A stretch of DNA of 60,464 bases from an uncultured Spirochaetales bacterium (GTDB taxonomy: Bacteria > Spirochaetota > Spirochaetia > Treponematales > Treponemataceae), in the NCBI GenBank assembly GCA_946406925.1, contig CAMJMF010000001.1, forward strand, positions 1-60,464, given 5' to 3'. Both the position numbers and the translations under genes were made by a program. The notes beneath the pieces are model-generated. The model saw nothing but the letters and a program-made list of their open reading frames with translations. It was not told where the DNA came from and searched no databases. Positions 52,241 through 60,464 of the stretch are shown one piece after another. Each line of letters begins with the position of its first letter. Position 1 is the stretch's first letter.

Positions 52241-53170
52241 ATGAAATGGTTAATTGTTACTCCCCGGGCAGACAGTCCTGCTGTTGATGCAGTACAGTGT
52301 TTTTTGCATGAAAACATGGTAAAGTCTGTTCTGTATGCTGTAGAAAATCAGAAAAATATAGTATCTCTGGATAAGGCTGACGTAACATTTAAGAAGATTA
52401 AAAAAAGTTTTTCAGAAACAACACATTGTATCTTTTTGGATGCCGGTAAATATCTTTCAGATTCTCTGCTGCCTTATTTGTGCGGTTTTTTGTCAGGACG
52501 GAATATTCCTGTTTTTGTAACAGGTTATGCTTCTGCAAAAGAATTGCCGGCTGTATTTTCAGGTTTCAAGACATTCTCAACAGAAGAAAAGCTTGTAAGA
52601 GAGCTTGCAAAACGCTTTGTTGAATATCTTGAAGAAGAAACAAAAGCGAACGCAAAAAAAGTGCTTTACGAAAAAGGGCTGCCGTTTACGCCTGACTGCT
52701 TTTCTTTTCAGATTGCAAAAGGAAACCAGGACACATGCAGACTTTTTTTGCAGGCTGGAATGGACGTCAACGATGTTGATTCTGCCGGAACGCCGATGTT
52801 GTGCAATGCCGCAAGAGCAGAACACAAAGACATTGTTCAGCTGCTTTTGGATAGCGGCGCAGACGTCAACGCAATTTCTAAAGACCGCGGTTATTCACCG
52901 TTAATGGACGCAATCTGGCGCGAGAATGTTGAGATTGCAGAAATCTTTATAAAAGCCGGTGCAGACCTTAATTTGATAAGCAACGACGGGCAGTCTCCGC
53001 TTATTCTGGCTGTAGGCAACGGAAACGAGAAAATCTGCGAGCTTCTTGCAAAGAACGGCGCTGACGGAAAGTTGAAAGACCATATGGGCATGACCGCTTA
53101 TGGTTATGCAAAACTTTTTAAGAAAAATGCAATTCAGGCAATTCTGGAAAAATATGGCAAAGCAGACTAA
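52241..53170 (+). CDS. ankyrin-repeat protein with an uncharacterised alpha/beta-like N-terminal domain
   Basis: 309 aa. C-terminal half has about 4 ANK repeats (GTPMLCNAARAEHKDIVQLLLDSGADVN, GYSPLMDAIWRENVEIAEIFIKAGADLN, GQSPLILAVGNGNEKICELLAKNGAD). N-terminal 150 aa are unassigned. Confidence 0.75.
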   Translation: MKWLIVTPRADSPAVDAVQCFLHENMVKSVLYAVENQKNIVSLDKADVTFKKIKKSFSETTHCIFLDAGKYLSDSLLPYLCGFLSGRNIPVFVTGYASAKELPAVFSGFKTFSTEEKLVRELAKRFVEYLEEETKANAKKVLYEKGLPFTPDCFSFQIAKGNQDTCRLFLQAGMDVNDVDSAGTPMLCNAARAEHKDIVQLLLDSGADVNAISKDRGYSPLMDAIWRENVEIAEIFIKAGADLNLISNDGQSPLILAVGNGNEKICELLAKNGADGKLKDHMGMTAYGYAKLFKKNAIQAILEKYGKAD

Positions 53171-54308
53171 AAAATATTGTGCAGTTTTTACAGGCGGCGG
53201 AACAGGCGGTCATATCTATCCTGGTCTTGCCGTTGTAGATGAGCTTAAAAAAAAGCATGAATGTCTTGTTTACTGGCTCGGCTCTTCAAGGGGAATGGAC
53301 CGAGTTCTTGTTGAAAAAAGCGGTTCATGCGACAAGTTTATAGGAATTCCTTCTGGCAAGCTGCGCCGTTATTTTTCGCTTAAAACTGTTGCAGATATGT
53401 TCCGCATTGTTGCCGGCTGCATCAAGGCTTTTTTTGTGCTTTTAAGGCTCAAGCCTGATTTTGTGTTTTCAAAAGGCGGGTTCGTCAGTGTTCCGCCATG
53501 TTTTGCGGCAAAGCTTCTGGGAATTCCTGTTTATACACATGAATGCGATTTTTCGCCCGGGCTTGCAACAAGACTGAACACAAAATGTGCAAAACGCATA
53601 TTTGTGTCTTATGCTGACACAATGGAATTTTTTCCAAAAGCAAAGCAGGGCGCAATAACCGTAACAGGCAACCCTGTGCGACCGGTATTTTATCAGGCTG
53701 AAGCTGCGCTCGGCGCAAAGTTTTTGGGTTTTTCTGAAACAGAAAAGCCTGCAAAGCCGGTGCTTCTTGTTTTGGGCGGTTCTGGCGGTGCAAAGCAGAT
53801 AAATGAGCTTGTCTGGCAGAATCTGGCTTTTTTGTGCGAGCATTTTGTTGTTGTTCATCAGATTGGTGCGTCACAAAAGACAGAAGCTTTTTCCGCAGAA
53901 GTTCAGAAATTAATAGATGAAAAGCTTTATATGCCTTTTCAGTTTATATACCAGGAAATGCCGCATGTACTTGCATTTGCTGATGTGGTTTTTTCCCGTT
54001 CCGGGGCAAACACCTTGTGGGAAGCCGCCGTACTAAAAAAGCCGCTGCTTCTGCTTCCGCTTGAAGGTTCCGGTACACGCGGCGATCAGGTTGAGAATGC
54101 CGACTATTTTGTAAAGCAGAATGCGGCATGCAGGCTTGTCTTAAAAGACAAGGACGCTTCTGAAGCGCTTCAAAAAGCAGTTGTACCTTTTGAAGAAAAG
54201 CTTTATCGTGAAAAGCTGAGTGCTAATGTTTTTGCGCTTCTGCCTGAAGTAAGACCGGCGGAAGCAATTGCAGAACTCTTGGTAAACGAAAATTGGGATA
54301 ATGGATGA
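53154..54308 (+). CDS. murG: UDP-N-acetylglucosamine--N-acetylmuramyl-(pentapeptide) pyrophosphoryl-undecaprenol GlcNAc transferase
   Basis: Start at the ATG at 53154. FTGGGTGGHIYPGLAV G-loop. C-terminal RSGANTLWE motif. Confidence 0.9.
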   Translation: MAKQTKKYCAVFTGGGTGGHIYPGLAVVDELKKKHECLVYWLGSSRGMDRVLVEKSGSCDKFIGIPSGKLRRYFSLKTVADMFRIVAGCIKAFFVLLRLKPDFVFSKGGFVSVPPCFAAKLLGIPVYTHECDFSPGLATRLNTKCAKRIFVSYADTMEFFPKAKQGAITVTGNPVRPVFYQAEAALGAKFLGFSETEKPAKPVLLVLGGSGGAKQINELVWQNLAFLCEHFVVVHQIGASQKTEAFSAEVQKLIDEKLYMPFQFIYQEMPHVLAFADVVFSRSGANTLWEAAVLKKPLLLLPLEGSGTRGDQVENADYFVKQNAACRLVLKDKDASEALQKAVVPFEEKLYREKLSANVFALLPEVRPAEAIAELLVNENWDNG

Positions 54309-54808
54309 ACATGCCTGTAATAGATATTATTTTTTGGATTATCATTCTGATTACTTCGATTCATGGGGCAATCAGAGGCTTTTTGGATGAGTTTTTCTCA
54401 AAACTTGCAGTAATTGCCGGAATCTTTTTTGGGCTTGTGCTGAACAGATTTCTTGTTCCGTATCTGCCAAAACTCGGCAACTTAATTCTGCTGACAAGAA
54501 TTCTTGCATTTTTGATTCTCTTTATTGTTGTGTATGTCTCAATAAGGCTTGTGCAGAAAATTGTGGGTTTTGCCTTTCAGGGCGACATAATGAAAGGGCT
54601 CGACAAGTCTTTGGGCTTTTTCCTTGGAATCGCGGAAGGTTTTCTTGTTGTAGGGCTTATTCTTTTTCTGCTTCATTCGCAGCGCTTTTTTGATATCAGT
54701 CCTGTGCTTAATGCCAGTTTCTTTGAAAAGCTGTTTTCTCCGCTTTTCATGACTGTACCTGATAATGTGCCTAAGAATATTCAATTTCAAGGAAGTATTC
54801 ATGTTTGA
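54305..54808 (+). CDS. cvpA: CvpA-family membrane protein
   Basis: 167 aa, four TM helices. N-terminal IDIIFWIIILITSIHGAIRGF pattern typical of CvpA. Confidence 0.7.
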   Translation: MNMPVIDIIFWIIILITSIHGAIRGFLDEFFSKLAVIAGIFFGLVLNRFLVPYLPKLGNLILLTRILAFLILFIVVYVSIRLVQKIVGFAFQGDIMKGLDKSLGFFLGIAEGFLVVGLILFLLHSQRFFDISPVLNASFFEKLFSPLFMTVPDNVPKNIQFQGSIHV

Positions 54809-56066
54809 TAATGTATTAAACCAAAATGTGACAAACCTTCTTATTGAAGAAATACAAAAAGACACACTGCCGCAGGCATTGCTTTTTGCAGGACCAAAAG
54901 GTTCAGGCAAATTAACATGTGCTGTTGAGCTTGCCCGTGTAATTTCGTGCCAGGGAAACGGCCTCGGCGTTAACGGCGAATGGACATGTGCCTGTATATC
55001 ATGTCTGAAACATAAAGCTTTGAACCATTCAAGCCTGATGATTGTAGGGCCGCGCGAATGCACACTTGAAATAGAAGCTGCGCGCAAGACATTCCTGCAC
55101 GCTGTAGAAGCATCTTCGCCTTATATTCAGGCTGCAAGATATTTGTTTGTCAGAGCCGTCCGCAAGCTGACAATGCGTTTTAATCCTATTTTGTGGGAAG
55201 GCGAAGAGAAGCTTTCAAAGATGGCGCCTGTTGTTCAGAATATTGACGAGCTTTTGGAAGAAATTGACCCGCTCCGCACATTGCCGCCTTTTGAGGAAGT
55301 GCAGAAAATTGCAGACTGCATCGTTACAGCCTGCCAGAAGCTTGAGAACCTCTTTCTTTATGATTCTATTCCTGTTGCGCAGATAAGGCGCGCTGCTGCA
55401 TGGGCTCACCTTACAACTTCTGACGGAAGCAAAAAGGTGCTTATTATAGAAAATGCTGACCGCATGCAGGATTCTGTGCGCAACGCCCTTCTGAAAATTC
55501 TTGAAGAGCCGCCTCAGAACGTGCTGTTTATTCTTACAACAAGCAGACGTGCAGCTGTTATGCCGACAATTCTTTCTAGAGTAAGAACTTATGCTTTTGT
55601 AGACAGAACGCCTGAACAGCAGCGCGAGGTGATTTCACGCGTTTTCCATGAGGAAACTTCGTTTGATTCAGTCTCTGCTTATCTTGAGTCTTTTCTGCCT
55701 GTTTCACGCGAAAAGCTTTCAATGCTGGCGTGCTCGTTCCTGCTTACGGTGCAGAATATGCCGCCGCTTGTCAGACGCATAATAATGCAGAAATTCAATC
55801 CACGTGACCAGATTCCTGTTGAAATGATTATAAGCGAAGCTCACAATTTTGAGCCGCGCATTCTGTTCTCGCTTTTTATGAAAGAGATACTTGATATTCT
55901 GCGTGTTGCAATTCTTGAAAAAGGAATTTCTTCACAAGAACAGAAAGCCGCTTTTTCATGGATTAACGTTGTACGCACAGCAAGCGAAAACGTTTCAATG
56001 TACAATCAGAGTACAACAAGCGCTTTGGAATTTCTTTCTGCTGAATTGTCAAAAGCTGCTTTATAA
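54801..56066 (+). CDS. holB: DNA polymerase III delta-prime subunit
   Basis: Start at the ATG at 54801. LPQALLFAGPKGSGK P-loop-like, Cys-rich zinc module (C..C..C..C), NALLKILEEPP, TILSRV. Confidence 0.7.
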   Translation: MFDNVLNQNVTNLLIEEIQKDTLPQALLFAGPKGSGKLTCAVELARVISCQGNGLGVNGEWTCACISCLKHKALNHSSLMIVGPRECTLEIEAARKTFLHAVEASSPYIQAARYLFVRAVRKLTMRFNPILWEGEEKLSKMAPVVQNIDELLEEIDPLRTLPPFEEVQKIADCIVTACQKLENLFLYDSIPVAQIRRAAAWAHLTTSDGSKKVLIIENADRMQDSVRNALLKILEEPPQNVLFILTTSRRAAVMPTILSRVRTYAFVDRTPEQQREVISRVFHEETSFDSVSAYLESFLPVSREKLSMLACSFLLTVQNMPPLVRRIIMQKFNPRDQIPVEMIISEAHNFEPRILFSLFMKEILDILRVAILEKGISSQEQKAAFSWINVVRTASENVSMYNQSTTSALEFLSAELSKAAL

Positions 56067-56079
56067 AAAGAGCTGAAAA

Positions 56080-57291
56080 ATGCGTCGGTATGCTAAGCGT
56101 CTGGCTCAAAAAGTTGCCAAACTTTCAAATGAACAGGTTGAATCTCTTCTTGATATGGTGCTCGAAGAAAATGAGACTCTCGACGCTGTTATGGAGTCTT
56201 TGAGCACAGGGCTTTTGATTTGCGATAAAAGCGGCAACCTGCTTCTGACTAACAAAACGGCTGAGAGGCTGCTGCCTTTTAACGCCACGCGCGTAAGCAT
56301 TGCAGAACAGCGCGGCCAGACAACGCCGGTCTGGAACATTATTGCTGATTCAGACATAAGCGCGTTTTTGCGCTCCGTTTATGACAAACCGAAAAACCAG
56401 ACAAGTGAAGAATTTACGCTTGAAACAGCCGGCGGCAGCGTGCGCATAATTGTTGTTACGGCACTGCCTCTTGTGCAGAAAAAGCGTGTTGTCGGCACAT
56501 TGATTCAAATAGAAGACGTTACAGATGCAAGAAACCAGCAGACGCTTTTGCGCCGCATGGAAAGCCTTGCGAGCCTCACAAACCTTGCCGCAAGCGTTGC
56601 CCACGAGATTAAGAATCCACTCGGCGCAATAAGCATTCATATTCAGCTGATTCAGAAGGCGCTTAAAAAGGCAAGGGCTGGCGACGGCATGCTGCCTGAC
56701 AAAAAATTTGTTGAAAACTACCTTGATGTTGTCAACGAAGAGATTGACCGCCTGAACAAAATTATTGTTGATTTTCTTTTTGCGGTCCGACCCATTCAGG
56801 CAAAACTTGAGCCGGTGAACCCTAACGAGATTATTATTTCTCTTATGGAATTTATGCGCCCTGAATTTGAAAAAGCTGCCGTTGTGCTCAAGCTTGAGCT
56901 GCTAGACAAGCCGCCGAACCTTATGCTTGATGTGGCTCTTTTTAAGCAGGTAATCATGAACCTTGCGCAGAATGCAGTTGCAGCAATGAAAGACGGCGGC
57001 ATTCTGGGCATAAACACTCAGATAAAGAACGACCACTTTATTCTTACGGTTGCAGACACCGGCGAAGGCATGGACGAACAGACCTGCAGCCGCATTTTTG
57101 AGCCGTATTTTACTACAAAAGCCAACGGTACAGGTCTGGGGCTTACCATGGTTTATAAGATTATAAAAGAATCCGCCGGCGAAATCGATGTAAGATCTTT
57201 TCCGGGAGAGGGCACGATTTTCACTATTTCGCTGCCTATTCCGCAGAAAGAGCGCCGGTCAATTGAATATAATGGAGATCTGCAGAAGTGA
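56080..57291 (+). CDS. soluble PAS-containing sensor histidine kinase (NtrB/AtoS-like)
   Basis: H-box AASVAHEIKNPLGAI, N-box NLAQNAVAAM, G-boxes DTGEGM and GTGLGL. No TM segment. Confidence 0.85.
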   Translation: MRRYAKRLAQKVAKLSNEQVESLLDMVLEENETLDAVMESLSTGLLICDKSGNLLLTNKTAERLLPFNATRVSIAEQRGQTTPVWNIIADSDISAFLRSVYDKPKNQTSEEFTLETAGGSVRIIVVTALPLVQKKRVVGTLIQIEDVTDARNQQTLLRRMESLASLTNLAASVAHEIKNPLGAISIHIQLIQKALKKARAGDGMLPDKKFVENYLDVVNEEIDRLNKIIVDFLFAVRPIQAKLEPVNPNEIIISLMEFMRPEFEKAAVVLKLELLDKPPNLMLDVALFKQVIMNLAQNAVAAMKDGGILGINTQIKNDHFILTVADTGEGMDEQTCSRIFEPYFTTKANGTGLGLTMVYKIIKESAGEIDVRSFPGEGTIFTISLPIPQKERRSIEYNGDLQK

Positions 57292-58655
57292 AATTCAATA
57301 TTTTGATTATAGATGATGAAAAAAATATCCGCGAAGGTCTTGCGGCTGCGCTTGAGATGGACGGCTATAATGTAGTTCTTGCCGCTGACGGCGAGAGCGG
57401 TCTGCAGCTTGTGGGGCGCGGCGACATAGACCTTGTGATTACAGACTTGCGTATGCCAGGCATTTCTGGTGAAGAAGTGCTTGCAAAAGTTACTTCAGAA
57501 AGCCCCGGACTTCCGGTTATTGTGCTGACCGGTCATGGAACAATTGACAGCGCGGTTGATGCAATGCGCGCCGGCGCCTATGACTTTTTGACGAAGCCGC
57601 TTAACCTTGACCGACTTTCGCTTATCGTTAAGCGTGCGCTTCAAAACCGCGAGCTTTCGCTTCAGCACAGACAGCTTAAAGAAGAGCTTGACTCTAACAA
57701 GTCTTTTGAATCGATAATCGGAAAAAGCGCAGAAATGCAGAAAATCTTTGAGATGGTGCGTCGCGTGGCTTCGTCAAAGGCTTCTGTGCTTATAACAGGC
57801 GAAAGCGGTGTAGGCAAAGAGCTTATTGCAAACGCTGTGCACAATCTTTCTCCGCGCAAAGACAAACCTTTAATAAAGGTGCATTGTGCGGCACTTTCAG
57901 AGAGCCTGCTTGAAAGCGAGCTTTTCGGACACGAAAAAGGTGCTTTTACCGGCGCTGTGGCAAGAAAACGCGGACGCTTTGAGCTTGCACACGAAGGTTC
58001 GATTTTTCTTGATGAGATTGGCGAAATTGACCAGAATGTTCAGATAAAGATTCTGCGCGTTCTGCAGGACAAGCGTTTTGAGCGCGTAGGCGGTGAAGAA
58101 ACCGTTGAGACAGATGTGCGCGTTATAGCCGCTACAAACCGCGACCTTGAAAAAGAAATTGCAGAAGGCCGTTTCCGCGAAGATTTGTACTACAGGCTTA
58201 ATGTTGTTCACATTCACGTTCCGCCGCTTAGAGAACGCAAGGACGATATTCCGCTTATGGTCAGTGCCTTTTTGAAGGAATTTGCAAAAGAAAACGGCAA
58301 GAACATCACTTCTATAGATTCTCACGCAAGGGCAGCCTTGTACAAATACGACTGGCCGGGCAATATACGCCAGCTGCGTAACTGCATGGAAAGTGCTGTT
58401 GTTATGTGTGCCGGTGATACGCTCACTTTAGATGATTTTCCGCCGACAATTTCGCAGCACAACGCCCAGGACGTTGTACAGATTCCGGCAGGGCTTACGC
58501 TTGATGCGGCTGAAAAAATCTATATCAATGAGACGCTCGCCGCAAACAGAGGAAATAAATCAAAGACGGCTGATGTGCTTGCTATTGGCAGAAAAACCCT
58601 GCACAGAAAACTTGCTGAAGAAGGTGAGACTCTCGATGCCGACACTGAAGACTAG
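57288..58655 (+). CDS. sigma-54-dependent response regulator (NtrC/AtoC family)
   Basis: Receiver (DLVITDLRMPG), AAA+ (GESGVGKE, GAFTGA, ESELFGHEKGAFTGA), C-terminal Fis-type HTH. Confidence 0.9.
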   Translation: MKFNILIIDDEKNIREGLAAALEMDGYNVVLAADGESGLQLVGRGDIDLVITDLRMPGISGEEVLAKVTSESPGLPVIVLTGHGTIDSAVDAMRAGAYDFLTKPLNLDRLSLIVKRALQNRELSLQHRQLKEELDSNKSFESIIGKSAEMQKIFEMVRRVASSKASVLITGESGVGKELIANAVHNLSPRKDKPLIKVHCAALSESLLESELFGHEKGAFTGAVARKRGRFELAHEGSIFLDEIGEIDQNVQIKILRVLQDKRFERVGGEETVETDVRVIAATNRDLEKEIAEGRFREDLYYRLNVVHIHVPPLRERKDDIPLMVSAFLKEFAKENGKNITSIDSHARAALYKYDWPGNIRQLRNCMESAVVMCAGDTLTLDDFPPTISQHNAQDVVQIPAGLTLDAAEKIYINETLAANRGNKSKTADVLAIGRKTLHRKLAEEGETLDADTED

Positions 58656-58688
58656 TGTGAACGGGCTTGCGCCGGTAAAGCCGCAAGC

Positions 58689-58979
58689 CTAGTCGTCGAG
58701 TTTTCCCTTTGTGTACCAGATTTCTATTCTTTGAAAAGCTTCATTTATAGTTGAAGTAATTTGAGTTGCAACATAAAAGCTGTAGCGGCTTTCTGCGTGT
58801 TTATCCGGATGGTGAATTTTCATCAGATTTCTTTGTGCAGATTTGCATACTGCAAGCGATGCACCCGGCGCAAGTCCAAGGCGTCTGAAATCTTTGTAAA
58901 GTTCCCGTGGAACAGCATTGTAATTTACACGTGAGTTTGCATAAGCGGAAGATTTTGTACGAAAACTTGAACCAATCAT
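58689..58979 (-). CDS. small J-domain protein
   Basis: Start at the ATG at 58979. HPD tripeptide in IHHPDKH within a roughly 60-aa J-like segment. Confidence 0.55.
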   Translation of the reverse strand: MIGSSFRTKSSAYANSRVNYNAVPRELYKDFRRLGLAPGASLAVCKSAQRNLMKIHHPDKHAESRYSFYVATQITSTINEAFQRIEIWYTKGKLDD

Positions 58980-59089
58980 TTTTACTAAAATCCTATGCAA
59001 GCGCGAAAACTTGCGTTATACTTCTTTTGTTGCTTTGAGCGTACTGCTCATGTCCACCCACTCTTAAATTATCGGCAGGAAATGCAAAA

Positions 59090-60136
59090 ATGAAAATCAA
59101 AAGAACAAAATTCGGCGTTCTCTCAACTGGAGAAAAGGTTCATCTGTACACAATCAAAAATGCAGACATGTCTTTTTCTGTAACAAATTTCGGATGCACA
59201 ATTACAAGCATTATTGTGCCTTCAAAGAACGGAGCTAAAGAAGATATCGTTCTTGGCTATTCTGATTTGACAGGATATATCAACAGCCATGGCGGACCTT
59301 TCTTCGGCGCATTCATCGGACGTTTTGCAAACAGAATCGGCGGTGCTTCTTTCAAATTGAACGACAAGACCTATAAGCTTGACGTAAATGACGGCAAAAA
59401 CATGCTTCACGGCGGTTTCCGCGGCTATGACAAAATGCTTTTTGATGCAGAAGAAATTGAAACTGCTGATGCAATGGGCGTACGCTTTACACGCACAAGC
59501 CGCAATGGAGAGCAGGGCTTCCCGGGCAATCTGCTTATAGAAGTTACTTATCTTTTGAATAAGAAAAACGAAATTCTTATGGAATATAAAGCTTGGACAG
59601 ACAGAGACACTCCTGTTAATTTTACAAACCACACATATTTCAATCTTACAGGAAATTCTCACAACAAGATTTTTGACCATGAGCTTATGCTTAATGCTGA
59701 TGCTTATCTTGCTGTTACACCGGATCTTATTCCTACAGGTGAATTGACATCTGTTGACAAAGACAAGGCATTTGACTTTAGAAAGGCAAAGCCTATCGGA
59801 AAAGATTTTGCAAAAGTAAAAGGCGGCTATGACCACAATTTTGTAATCAACCGTGTTGAAGGCAATGACCTTACAGTTTGTGCCGCCGTTTATGAACCGA
59901 CAAGCGGCCGTTCAATGCTCGTTTCAACAAACCAGCCGGGCGTGCAGTTCTATGCAGGCGGTTCTCTTGGCGGCAGTGCAGGCAAATACGGTCAGATTCA
60001 TCAGCCGAACGAGGGCTTCTGTCTTGAAACACAGCAGTTCCCTGATGCACCAAATCACGACAATTTCCCGTCATGCATTCTTCACCCCGGCGAAGAATTT
60101 GACGCCCAGACAGTGCTGAGCTTCAGCTGGTTGTAA
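59090..60136 (+). CDS. galM: aldose 1-epimerase (galactose mutarotase)
   Basis: 348 aa. GRFANRI, LHGG..G and FTNHTYFNL motifs. Confidence 0.85.
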   Translation: MKIKRTKFGVLSTGEKVHLYTIKNADMSFSVTNFGCTITSIIVPSKNGAKEDIVLGYSDLTGYINSHGGPFFGAFIGRFANRIGGASFKLNDKTYKLDVNDGKNMLHGGFRGYDKMLFDAEEIETADAMGVRFTRTSRNGEQGFPGNLLIEVTYLLNKKNEILMEYKAWTDRDTPVNFTNHTYFNLTGNSHNKIFDHELMLNADAYLAVTPDLIPTGELTSVDKDKAFDFRKAKPIGKDFAKVKGGYDHNFVINRVEGNDLTVCAAVYEPTSGRSMLVSTNQPGVQFYAGGSLGGSAGKYGQIHQPNEGFCLETQQFPDAPNHDNFPSCILHPGEEFDAQTVLSFSWL

Positions 60137-60236
60137 ACTAAGGGGAAGGGAAAACCCCTACTCAGAAGCGAGGTTTTTCCTCCCCCTTAAACCCCATCCT
60201 TTTCCGGCACTGTCTAAGGGCTCTGCCCTTAGAAAT

Positions 60237-60305
60237 CCCGAATTATCTACAAATAGGGTCTTGTACATAGACTGTATTTGTAGATTAAGTTGATGCGAAA
60301 AAAAG
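60237..60305. repeat. modular intergenic repeat family, locus 5 (X-rc, TGTACA, forward T module)
   Basis: CCCGAATTATCTACAAA (60237-60253) is the exact reverse complement of 11267-11283. TGTACA at about 60262. GTAGATTAAGTTGATGCGAAAAA from 60280. Confidence 0.75.
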
Positions 60306-60310
60306 CTGTT

Positions 60311-60464
60311 ATGAAGAAAATCGTTATTCCAAAAATCAATTCAGTCTTTTTCGGCTCAAAACTTTTATGCGCAGGGCTGCTGCTCGGCGTAATAATTCCG
60401 TTTCTTGCAAAGCTTTTGTTTCATGTCTTTTTATGGCCGCTCTGTATAGCCGGCGGAATAATCT
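60311..60464 (+). CDS. membrane protein, N-terminal fragment (runs off the window)
   Basis: ATG at 60311. MKKIVIPKINSVFFGSKLLCAGLLLGVIIPFLAKLLFHVF... stays open to the end of the window. Confidence 0.4.
   Translation, partial: MKKIVIPKINSVFFGSKLLCAGLLLGVIIPFLAKLLFHVFLWPLCIAGGII

Overview
60.5-kb chromosomal segment, densely coded on both strands: about 57 protein genes, 5 tRNAs and one TPP riboswitch. The gene content points to a host-associated spirochaete, probably a Treponema. That is inference from BspA/LrrA-type LRR lipoproteins, two Rpn/PD-(D/E)XK putative-transposase genes, long-form signal peptidase I, an MCP, a GGDEF-EAL protein and relaxed lipoboxes; no database was searched. Most of the window is housekeeping: pncB, a class A PBP, deoC, thiC, alr, lepB, yebC, ruvC, murG, cvpA, holB, galM, an ABC importer, two two-component systems and an ADH/ALDH pair. 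I saw no CRISPR array, cas genes, restriction-modification genes, prophage or recognisable defence operon, so I do not claim a defined new system. Five things stand out. (1) A modular intergenic repeat family occurs at five or more loci (about 6.2, 11.3, 12.45, 38.45 and 60.25 kb). Inverted copies of one module bracket one of the Rpn genes like IS ends. (2) Both Rpn genes carry a hairpin that occludes their translation-initiation region. (3) Two tandem, diverged LRR lipoprotein paralogs share a promoter, leader, TTG start and a poly-Gly tether. (4) tRNA-Val(TAC) plus its terminator is duplicated around a repeat-family copy, and each copy has a different promoter. (5) A 122-nt array of three strong hairpins built from four copies of one 12-mer lies in a divergent promoter region. 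Also noted: an orphan terminator with a C-rich-loop hairpin (sRNA candidate), three possible leaderless genes and a palindromic operator array. Coordinates were anchored to the supplied ORF track wherever possible. Small elements far from an anchor may be off by 1 nt.
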